From positions 372,001 through 436,000 of the forward strand of contig MU004246.1 in the NCBI GenBank assembly GCA_010405405.1: a stretch of DNA of 64,000 bases. The letters run 5' to 3'. The translations under genes were made by a program, and so were the position numbers. This document shows positions 24,404 through 34,741 of this stretch, in pieces (positions within the stretch are counted from its first letter, which is position 1; each line of letters opens with the position of its first letter). Source of the stretch: Microthyrium microscopicum. Taxonomy: Eukaryota. The notes under the pieces are model-generated. The model worked only from the letters and a program-made list of their open reading frames with translations, was not told the DNA's origin and searched no databases.

Positions 24404-24752
24404 GGTGCTAAGCTTCTCCAGCAACCAAAGAAACCTCCAGCGGGATGAAAGAGCTACAAAAGAGACGGTATTGTCGGTTGATCGAGTAACCCTTATTCTT
24501 CAATATAAGATAGGATTTTGGCACGTTCATTCACAATTTAGTTGTATTCGCCAAATCCAGTATACATCCGGTGCAGAGATGAATGGATGATGAGAGTAGG
24601 ATTCGCGGCCTCTAAAATTACTATAATAGATTACCCAAATCTTTATGACAACTACGCATGCTACATGGCCCAACACCCTCCACATACCATACACTCCCTC
24701 TAAAGCCCGCAAAGCGAGCAAGTTACAATCCTTGTCTTAGCCGCGAATTCCC

Positions 24753-25325
24753 TCAAGAGGGATTCGCAGCGACAATCTTGACCAAGATACCCGAAGGCTT
24801 GAAACCAGTTGGATACGTCGAAGCCGTATACGCCGGATTAGAAGCATTAACCAAAACACCAAGCGAACCACCACTAGTTCCACAGCTGATCAGAGCGGCG
24901 GCTTGCTGTTCGGGAGTCGCCTTGGCGCCACCGTCGATGGTATTCGCAATGTCAGCGAAGAGTACACTCGAGTTGACGCTATTGTCGATATGCTTGGCGG
25001 TAGCGACAGCAGAATTTCTGGCGTAGATAGTCCACTCGCCGCAATCGGGCGCATCGGCTCTTGCCATGTTGAAAAGGCGTCCGGCTTTGGTTTGCGCGCC
25101 GTAAGCACGCAGGTACGATGCTATGTAAGCTACATCAGTGAGGTTCACGTTTTGGGGAACGCCAGATGGAGAGTTGTAGCATAGGAGATTGGGTTTTTCG
25201 CTGTCGTAGCAGATCTGCGATGAGCGGGTACTGATAGCGAGAGGAAGACTTTCTGGTGGTGTTGCTGGGTGGGCAGTGCCCAGGGTAGCGAAGCAAGCAA
25301 GTTTGAAGATGGTTTGGGAAAGCAT
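24753..25325 (-). CDS. Small secreted protein (~190 aa, 4 mature-region Cys), effector/toxin-like
   Basis: Signal peptide MLSQTIFKLACFATLGTA; single exon. Motifs DCGEWTIY, SVLFADIANTIDGG, SCGTSGGSLGV. Divergent from the GH55 gene. Confidence 0.8.
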   Translation of the reverse strand: MLSQTIFKLACFATLGTAHPATPPESLPLAISTRSSQICYDSEKPNLLCYNSPSGVPQNVNLTDVAYIASYLRAYGAQTKAGRLFNMARADAPDCGEWTIYARNSAVATAKHIDNSVNSSVLFADIANTIDGGAKATPEQQAAALISCGTSGGSLGVLVNASNPAYTASTYPTGFKPSGILVKIVAANPS

Positions 25326-25661
25326 GATGGCAACAGACGGTTTGTAGAGGAATTGTTCAGAATAGACTGGTAGGCGATGGTGGTATCTTTGATCTCCTTG
25401 GTGAAGCGGTTCAAAATTTATATCTGGATGATGCGCAACAAAATTGTACAGGATGTAGACGGTGCCTATCCAGGAATGTACGTTGTATGAATCCATAGAG
25501 ACGGTAAGACATTCTCGATCCTACCGCTGCAACCTGTGATTCCGCCTAATTTGATCGAAATGGCAAGTGCTTAGTATTAATGTGAAAGGATTGAGGTTGA
25601 AGGATTGTAGTCCGCTACCGAGGCTGAAGGATTCTTCCAATATATGCTTAATCTCACGATA

Positions 25662-25687
25662 CGATGCGGCGATGCGGCGATGCGGCG
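25662..25687 (+). repeat. (CGATGCGG)x3 in the divergent promoter
   Basis: cgatgcggcgatgcggcgatgcggcg lies between the ATGs at 25325 (-) and 25820 (+). Confidence 0.75.
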
Positions 25688-25819
25688 TAGCAATGCTTGG
25701 GAACAGAGCTGGGAACAAATCAGTCAAGTTGCAAGTATGTACTTGATTGATGGAAGCAAACGTGGATCCTGCACATCCTAATCGCTGCCAGCATTCTTCG
25801 TGGACTTCGTGACTCCAGC

Positions 25820-28800
25820 ATGGCGTTTCTTACCAATTTCACTCCCTTTCTCGCTTTGCTGTGGATAACTACGCAATGTGGTGTCGTAACAGCATCCTGG
25901 CAGTACGCGAACTCACAACGGTATCCGCAAGTACCTGCTTATGGTCCACAGGTATGACCAACCGCAGATGCTTTTTTGTTCGTGGACGTAGAGTTGACCT
26001 GACTTTGAATGTTAGCCTGGCCCGTCGTATATGGTGGACAACCAGCACAATTATTTCCAAACAAGCCCCGATAAAGGTAGATACTGTCCTCAATTGAACG
26101 CTGCAAAATGATTTGGAGCTGATGTAGCTATACTAGGGAAACAGAGAGGTCCGCTATGGAAATACTCGGGCAGCCTTGATAACTACATATCGAATTTAAG
26201 AAACGGCACTGTGGTTCGCGGCGGCTACGATAATTTGAACGGCTCAACAACTACCAGGTTCACGCGCGCCAGCAAAACAACACTACGGGTAGCAGCGAAT
26301 GGCTACTGGCTGACCAAACTCGGGCCGCTTGGAGCAGTGAGTAAGAGTGCAACTTCGGGCAATGGAGGTACTGACTGGTTTTCCAGCAACCGTTGGCTGG
26401 GAATGGCTACCAGTTCTATCGCGATGTGACAGACTTTGGGGCAGACTCCAGCGGCAACAGTGACGCCACCGAGGCGATCAACGCGGCAATAAGTAGTTGG
26501 AACCATGACTCGGCGAAGGGCGGCACTCAGAGTCGCTGCGGTAAAGAATGCGGTAACACGTTCTCGCAGGGCGCCATAATATATTTCCCACGAGGCACAT
26601 ACAAGCTGTGCTCTCCAGTGATTCAGCTCTACTACACCCAATTCATTGGCGATGCCAATGACCCGCCTACGATCAAGGGATGCGACAAGTTCCAGGGCAT
26701 TGCGCTGTTCGACACGGATCCGTACATCCCTCTCGGATCCGGCGCACAGTGGTATGTGAACCAGAATCAGTTCTTTCGGCAGATTCGCAATTTCGTGTTT
26801 GACTTGAAGGACATGCCGCTGTCAACCCAAGATAATGACCAGCCACTTGTACCGACGGGAATCCACTGGCAGGTAGCTCAAGCGACGTCGCTCCAAAACC
26901 TCGTTTTCAACATGCCTTCAAGCGGAGGGACAGCTTCAGCCAATGCCACGAGAGCAGTCGGTATCTTTACAGAGAACGGTAGCGGAGGGTTCGTATCGGA
27001 CCTAACATTCAACGGCGGGAACATTGGGTGGCGGGCCGGGTCGCAGCAATTCACAGCGCGAAACCTGAAGTTCAACAACTGTCTGACAGCGGTTCAGATG
27101 GTGTGGGACTGGGGCTTTAACTGGCAGGGCATCGAAGTCAGCGGCGGCGCGATTGCTTGTGTGTAAAGACCCTCTTGTTCATGGGAATGATGCTGATAGA
27201 TGGCTCCGTACAGTTAACATTACAGGCTTCGGCGGCGATAAAGGTCAAGGCACGGCCAGTATATCACTCATCGACAGCTCGGTAAGCAACGTGCCGGTGG
27301 GCATCCTCACCCCTTCGCGAGTTACGGCGCCCAACATCGTGCTAGACAACACACAGTTCACGAACGTCGATCGCATCGTGCAGGTGGAGGGAGGGGAGAC
27401 GTTGCTGTCAGGCAACGAAGGGCTTTGGGCGACGGGCAAGCGGTATAACGGCTCAAGCGGATCAATGCAAACGGGTTCCGTAACAGCCCCGGCGAAGGGG
27501 AAAGCGCTGCTAGACAGCAATGGAAAGCTGTTTGTGCGCTCGCGACCCCAGTATGAGACTGTGGACGCGTCCGGCTTCCTGGTGGCCACAACGGATGGCA
27601 AATGCAACAACGATGGCTCGGGCGACCAGACGACGTGCATTAACAGCTTCTTGCAACAGGCAAAGGGACAAGGTAAGATTGCCTTCTTTCCAGCAGGCAT
27701 CTACGCGGTCGGCGGCACGGTATTCATCCCTACGAACTCCAAGCTGCAGGGCTCAAGCTGGTCGCAGATCCAGGGCGGCGGCTTTTATTTTGGCGATATG
27801 CAGGCGCCCAAGGTTATGGTGCAGGTGGGTAACAAAGGTGATGTCGGCAGCCTCGAGATTGTCGAGATGTTGTTTTCGGTAAAGGGCGCCACAGCCGGCG
27901 CCATTTTGATGGAGTGGAATGTTGCCGCTGCCGAAAATGGGGCCGTCGGCATGTGGGACTCGCATTTCCGCATTGGCGGTGCCAAGGGCTCTGACCTCGA
28001 CCTTCAACACTGTCCCAAGTTCAGCCAGAACGATGAGTGCATTGCCGCCTCGCTCATATTTCGCATCACGCCCCAGGCTTCGGGCTACTTCGAGAATGTC
28101 TGGGCTTGGCTGGCCGACCACGACAATGATGCCTCTGTCTTCAACCAGCCAGACTCAACCATCACCCAGGTCAGCGTCTTTGGCGCCCGTGGCATGCTGA
28201 TCGAGTCGCAAGGCCCTTCGTGGTTCTATGGCAGCGGCTCCGAGCACTCAGTCATGTACAACTACCTACTGAGCGGCGCCAAGGACGTCTACATGGGCCA
28301 CATCCAGACCGAGAGTCCTTATTTTCAGCCTGTGCCGGCTGCTCCAGCGCCCTTCGCGCAACAGAAACGCTTCCCCAACGACCCCGACTACTCAAAGTGC
28401 AATGTTACGGCCAACAGTGACAGTGAGCAGTGTCGATATGCCTGGGGCCTGCGTATCGTCGACTCGACTAATATCACCATCCACGGCGCCGGTCTTTACA
28501 GCTTCTTCAACGCCTTCTACCAGGACTGTATCAACACCAACAACTGCCAGGAGCGCATTCTCCAAGTGACAGGCTCAACTGGTGTTGTCATCTTCAACCT
28601 GTTCACCGTTGCAACCGTCCAAATTGCCAATGGCATAGACGGTTCTAAAGTCCTGCAAAGCGACTCCAACCAACGCGGCTTCACTACCGAAGTGAGTGTG
28701 TGGCTACCACTTCCGGGCAAAGACCACGCCAATGTCGTCTATGTCGGGCCTGAAATCTTCTCGAGCCCTACTGTGAGCTGCTCGCCAACTTGCGTCTTGG

Positions 28801-31008
28801 TCTTCCCCACCAGTCAACTCGACTCGCCCACGACCATAACACCGAGCCCCTATACCACCTCGCTCGAGTATGGTACCTTTGCGTTAACATCAATCAACGG
28901 TGCCCCGGTCACCGTGTTTGTGACTTCGACGACCATAGTTACCATTACTATCTCTCCTATCACCGTTTCCGGAATGCCCTACTCCAATTTCAATATCACA
29001 TCTAGTGGGCCCACATCTATCACTATGTTTCCCAGCGTTGAGATTTCTCCTGTTACTCTGCCCGTTCCCAACGGTCAGGGAGGCACAACATCTCGCGTCG
29101 TTTCTCTGCCACCCTGGCCATTAGTGAATCAAGGCCCAGGCGGAACAGGTGTTAACACAGACCCAGGTACTGAACCGAGCACCAACACCACAGGCAGCTT
29201 GACCAGCAGTACCACATATTACACTAGCATAACTTCCACCATCACCGCGTTCGGGCCCACAGTTACAACAGTAAGCTTTCCTCCTTCGATAGTCCCATTC
29301 ATCGTCACGTGTCCGGACGAGACAGGTTTGGCATTTGCCACGCCTTCGATTACAGTAACTACGAGATGCACAGACTCATCCACTCATCCACTGAACTTTG
29401 CATGTCCCACAACAAAAGTCATCTCCTTCCTAGGATCGAGCACAGCCGTCGTTCGGGTAGACTGCACTCTTGTCACGGCATGGAGCACAGGGAAGGATGC
29501 GTCCAGTACATCAAAATTGCCCGTATACGTCACTTGGCCCCATTTTGGTGTCATAGAGCCTGTTACAACCACACCCAGTGCACCTCAACCAACTGATGAC
29601 GGGGTGACGCTGCCCTGCACAGCGTGGTTCTTCTTCATCTGCATCTCCTGGGGCCAAATTCATGTCGGCGGCTGGCACTTGATCCTGCCCCCAGGTATTT
29701 ACCCACCTGGGCCACCACCACCCAATCTGATCAAATGGCCGCCTGGCTTCACGCTTAAAGGGACACTGCCCCCTTGGCCCAAATTCACCATTGGCAACGA
29801 TCATCAAATAACCACTGATAAAGAGCCCGAGTGTCAGACCAAGACTGCTGAAGCATGCACGTATTCAACCATTTTCTCCGTCACTACAACTAAACCAGGT
29901 TCAACAACGACTACAGGTACGTCCACCTCGAGTCACTGTGAAAAAATAAAAGGCTGCTCTGTGAGTGGCTCCGACCAAACCACAACATCAACGGACGTGC
30001 AAATCGGCACACAAACAATCGCACCTGTGGGCACATGGGAAGATGAAGCTTGGTTTACCGATGATGGCGCAGCCTTCAGCAGCTCTGTCTTTGCAGAGCT
30101 GTACGCCTCATTAGAGGCTGACGAGGCAAGCCAAGGTGGTTCCACCATTAGCTTCAAACCTGGTCCGTCTGCTACGCCCACATGCGCAAGCGGTACTGGG
30201 TGCGGTGGCCACCTTTGCTCGGGCTACTGGTGTGACCCTACTCCCACGGGCGCACCGCCAGGGTATCACGACCCCAAGGACCCGAGCTCGGATGGCTTCT
30301 CTGCAACGAAGACGACAAGTGGGGGCACGACGACGACTCCGTCGCCTACGGCGACCAAGACACCGCTTTCACGGGGACCCATCCACTGCTTTAGCGAGTC
30401 GGACTTCCCTGGTCATGCTGACATCCAAGCCGGGGACCAGGACGACTTCTCGACGGCTTTCAGCAACTTGCGATCCCAAGCGGGCGACGACGACACCCTT
30501 GGACCCAGTTCCCCAGTTGTAAGGCTGCGGAAAACAGACAAACACGGTGTCAATTATGATTACTCCTGCGGCTGGGTTCCTGGTTGTGAAACCGATGTTC
30601 CAAAGCAGAGCTTTGGTTTCCCACTCGGCTCGCCCAGTCTTATCACTGCATACCTACTTGTTCGAGAGGATTTTACCAAGTGTATGTATGGCCCGTCACA
30701 TGACCATATCTATCTCATTTCAAAGGTTGTGGAATGGAAACATTGAGCTAACCATTGCCTACTTTCTAGGCACAAATGGAGGCGTCGGCGGCTCGTGCCA
30801 GGTCGGATGCTTATTGTATACTTTTGAAGGCGGCCGAGGCGATCCACCAGCCGACTGCAAGGACGTCAACTGCAGCCAGTGCGGGACGCTATTCGATCCT
30901 CCTACCTGCCAGCAGTGTTGCAAAAGTCTGTTCCGCACTTTGCTGGCTATTGGTAATAGCAGCATAAATACTGGCGATACTATTGTTGACAATATAGTCT
31001 ATAATTAG
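25820..31008 (+). CDS. Large secreted GH55 beta-1,3-glucanase with Thr/Pro-rich stalk and Cys-rich C-terminal domains
   Basis: Signal peptide; introns 25952-26015, 26077-26136, 26337-26386, 27159-27213 and 30682-30769. GH55 motifs YRDVTDFGA, YFPRGTY, NQNQFFRQIRN, IHWQVAQATSL, MWDSHFRIGG, YFENVWAWLADHD, SEH, GHIQTESPYFQP. Confidence 0.9.
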
Positions 31009-32029
31009 GCAATGCTTGGGGGAATGCGATCTAGAATTGGCTTTACAGAACGAAGCATCAAGCTTATTGTTAGTTGTCCTACAACAAACTTGAGTACATC
31101 TTGGAGTTCTTCAAAGAAGACGTATATGCCTGGTAATCAACCAAGTGCTGAGAGGCTGCAGGATTTTGCTATCCACAAGACTTGTAATGCAGTGCGCCTT
31201 GATGCAGAAAATGGCTACTAGTACAGTCATGTTTCTCGTCGTAGGTTGCCCAAGGACGAGCCAAACTAGTAGCACTCTTCATTCTTTGCACTTGAGCTCG
31301 GTGATGCTGATGATGCTGATGATGCTTGTTCAACTGTCTACAATAAGACATAAAATATTCACGAATAACTTTTCTGTCTCCGCTTACGAATAGATTAGTG
31401 GAATAGCTTTAACTCTACTTGCTTACTGATTCTTTTATCTCTATCACTGATCATCCCGATCAGAAGCTTCCTCTTCTAGCTGATTGAAGCACGCTATTCA
31501 TCATGTCTACTCCATTCCCCTACCCGAAAAATAGATGTATTCCTAGTCGCCAACCTACTGCTCATCAATTTCTGGGTCCCAGCTTAGCAAAAACCCAATG
31601 TCGCGTGAAAATGCAACTTGGCATAATCATGGCATTTCTAGGACAATGACCTCACTAAAGAAAGAATTTGTTAGTAAGTTGGCAGAAGAAAATTCGATCA
31701 TAATTCAATAGTAGCGTTATAGTTTAGCTCATTTCAGCTCTGAGCTGAGCTCGGTAATGTTCAGAATAGAGGAACCAAACTCGTCTAAGCAGGATGTGTT
31801 GTACGTATACCTGGCTCAATAGGAGTAGACGTGACCACGTAGATGGCCTTGTTTCATAGCTTCATAGCCGACAGACAAGCTATCGTATCGAATGCCATAT
31901 GCTAAACACACATAACGGGTGACCTATATGCTTTGGCTGCTGGAACATTAATAGGTGGATCACATAATGACTAAGGAAATACGGAGCCAACGAGGACGAC
32001 GGATGGATCCGTGTGATTAATGAAGAGTA

Positions 32030-33580
32030 TTACTTGCTCAGGACGTAGTTTGCTCTCCTCCAAGCTTGGAACAGCCCGTACAGACCTCCCACGAGCCAGA
32101 AACCGAAAATAGCTTCCCATAAAGACGCCAGAAGGGATATAGGTATATCATTTCGGTCTGGCTGCTTGATCTTCTCATACACATCTGGTAGATTGGTTGC
32201 GGCGTACTTCACCCTCAAATTCTCATACTTACTTCGTTCGTAAATGTCCCAAAACTCGTCTTTTGTGTAGAAGGTTTGTGCATACAACCACTTCACACCT
32301 TTCAAATCTTTGACTTTTGATTCCAACGCAAGATTCGCGGCTTTGAACGATTTGTAGTTCTTGCTCCATGGTCCCCATACGCCAACATTGAGAAGCATGT
32401 CTGTGTTTTGAGGCAAGTGCTTGATTGTCAAGCCTGTTGGTCGGTACTTGATTGGACACAACCACAGTGGGTAGATACCAAAATCCTCCTCCAGATATTC
32501 CAAGAACGGGACTGTGTTGCTGAAGGGAACAGCAAGATCCTCAACAAGGTGGTGTTGTTGCATTTTACTTGCATGTAGTGCCGTGTACATTTCTCGTGTG
32601 TGAAAGAGTGAGTCTAAGAGCGTTCGGATAGTTTTCGTGAACGGAAGAAGAAAGTGTGCGCATCCGTACTTGCCCATCCAGAAAGCTCCTCGGTCGTAGC
32701 GAAATAGATAGTCCGCCAATGGCGCATAATCTACTGCTGGGGACGTTGTGGATGCATCCGAGTCCGATAATTCGCCATCGCTGGTCTTGGAATCCGTGAA
32801 TGGCCTGGTGTTATCCGATTGGATTGGGGTCGATATCATTTCTTCAACGTGCAGAAAGCACCATTCATCAGTTTTTCGACTGAACTGCGTGATCTTCCCA
32901 CCGCATGTTTCAGAAACCATTTTCCCCGTAACAATTGCTCCTTTCGTGGGCGAGAACATGATACCGTCCACAAAATCATTTCCTGATTTCGCGTCGATTG
33001 CAGCTTCGACAACTCTTTTCGCTTCTTGGAAATTGCACACCGGCAGATATGTCAGCGCTACGAATGGCTTTGCCTCAACCAATCTGATATCCAGTCTTGT
33101 CAGCACACCAATAGTGCCTAATGTTCCCGCCAGTGCATGAAATAACTCTTTCTCCTCCTCATCGCCATTTACCCCAACATCTCGTACAGTTCCGTCTCCT
33201 AGCACAACCTCAACTCTCTCGACAGTGCTGTCTAGAAATCCATACTTGAAACTACTGCTTTCAGCGGCAGAACCTGCAAACCCTCCGCCAACAGTGATGC
33301 CTGGAAATTCGGGAATTACTGGTGGAATTAGCCCATATTCGAGAGTCGCTCTGACTAGCGCATCCATAGGGACATTGGGCTCCACGGATGCGATTCGTAG
33401 ATCCTTATCTACGGAAAGTATGTTATTCAATGCACTGATGTTGACAGACGTCGCAGGATCTCGAATGACTGCTCGTGTCGAATTTGTCGATCCATGGTAG
33501 ATTCTGAAAGAGGTGCCAGCTTCGTGGAATGCGCGAACACGGGCCGAAATCGACAAAAGTGAATTTGCATGATTTTCCAT
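32030..33580 (-). CDS. FAD-binding (PCMH-type) oxidoreductase, delta24-sterol reductase/DHCR24-like
   Basis: VEPNVPMD, PEFPGITVGGGFAGSAAESSSFKYG, DYLFRYDRGAFW, YPLWLCP, KWLYAQTFY, LPDVYEK; C-terminal TM segment. Confidence 0.88.
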   Translation of the reverse strand: MENHANSLLSISARVRAFHEAGTSFRIYHGSTNSTRAVIRDPATSVNISALNNILSVDKDLRIASVEPNVPMDALVRATLEYGLIPPVIPEFPGITVGGGFAGSAAESSSFKYGFLDSTVERVEVVLGDGTVRDVGVNGDEEEKELFHALAGTLGTIGVLTRLDIRLVEAKPFVALTYLPVCNFQEAKRVVEAAIDAKSGNDFVDGIMFSPTKGAIVTGKMVSETCGGKITQFSRKTDEWCFLHVEEMISTPIQSDNTRPFTDSKTSDGELSDSDASTTSPAVDYAPLADYLFRYDRGAFWMGKYGCAHFLLPFTKTIRTLLDSLFHTREMYTALHASKMQQHHLVEDLAVPFSNTVPFLEYLEEDFGIYPLWLCPIKYRPTGLTIKHLPQNTDMLLNVGVWGPWSKNYKSFKAANLALESKVKDLKGVKWLYAQTFYTKDEFWDIYERSKYENLRVKYAATNLPDVYEKIKQPDRNDIPISLLASLWEAIFGFWLVGGLYGLFQAWRRANYVLSK

Positions 33581-34741
33581 GGAGGAACTTTTTTTGGGAG
33601 TGGCCCAAGGAAAGAGTGAAGTAGCTTCCAGATCCAAAGCTGCGCGGTATATTCAAGAGTCTGCAAGTGAGAATGAATTTGAAGTAAAGACTAAGTTCAA
33701 ATTACAGATGGAAAGAATACGCAAGGGAGGAGTAGGGACAGAGTACAGATGTAACCAAAGTCTTTCAGGGTGACCATGGCAAACAAGAAGGGATAGAGTG
33801 GTTTCCGTAGCGGCTGGTCACAGATAAAAACTTGATTTTTATCATCTCCTATTTACCCGCTAGGAAGCACGACGTTGGGCTACCGATAGAAAGCTCTGAT
33901 TTGATACAGATATAGAACAGAGACTACCCGTCATCGTGACTACTGACTAGAGCATCATTGATGTTGATCAACGCGTTCAGAAGACGCCAATGCAGTCGCT
34001 AGCCGTTGGACCGTTGGCAGGATCGAAAGCGGTGAAGCCACAGAAGGCCGTTCTGGCCAACATACGGGATCTCTCGACTGAGTCCACTCTCGAAATCAGG
34101 AATTGGTCAAAAGCTTGAATTATTCTGCAAAGTTCTTTTGCTAGCAGCTGAACTCGCGTGTTTACGTACCGTAGATCGGCTAGAACACGAAATCAAAGTC
34201 GCGACGCTAAATTTCAGCCCAAAGCAGGTTTTCTGAAGAGGCATAGCGTCTTTATTTCTAGGTTATGATTGGTTGAGCATTCCCAAGCGGCTCAGCCTAA
34301 ACCTTTTGCCGAGCAATATAAGGCTGTGCTAGCGCTACAAGTGGTTAGCAACTTACTTAGCAAGGAATTGTGCAGCTTTGCGATCTTTTCTTCCAGAACA
34401 TCTCCATGACTCCAATTTACGCCAAAAATCCAAGCCTTGGCTTGCATGATAAAAGAAAAGTCTCGCTACTAGAGCTGGAGAGATACGGTAACTATTTCTG
34501 GGAAAGTGTTCAGCTCGAAGAGCCATTTTCTGCGCACTATTCGACGCCTGCTGTCTCAGCTATCTCCCATAACGATGGCTTCCCTCGAGAGTAGAGGTCT
34601 TTTCTTGATCTCCTTTTGTTCATTCAATTCAGTTCCTGTACAATATTATCACCGCGGGGCATTGTGTAGAGCTCACCGGAGTCTTCTCAGCTGAAAACAT
34701 CTACACATTACTAATTGAGTCTGCTCGAAAATCTCCTGGAG

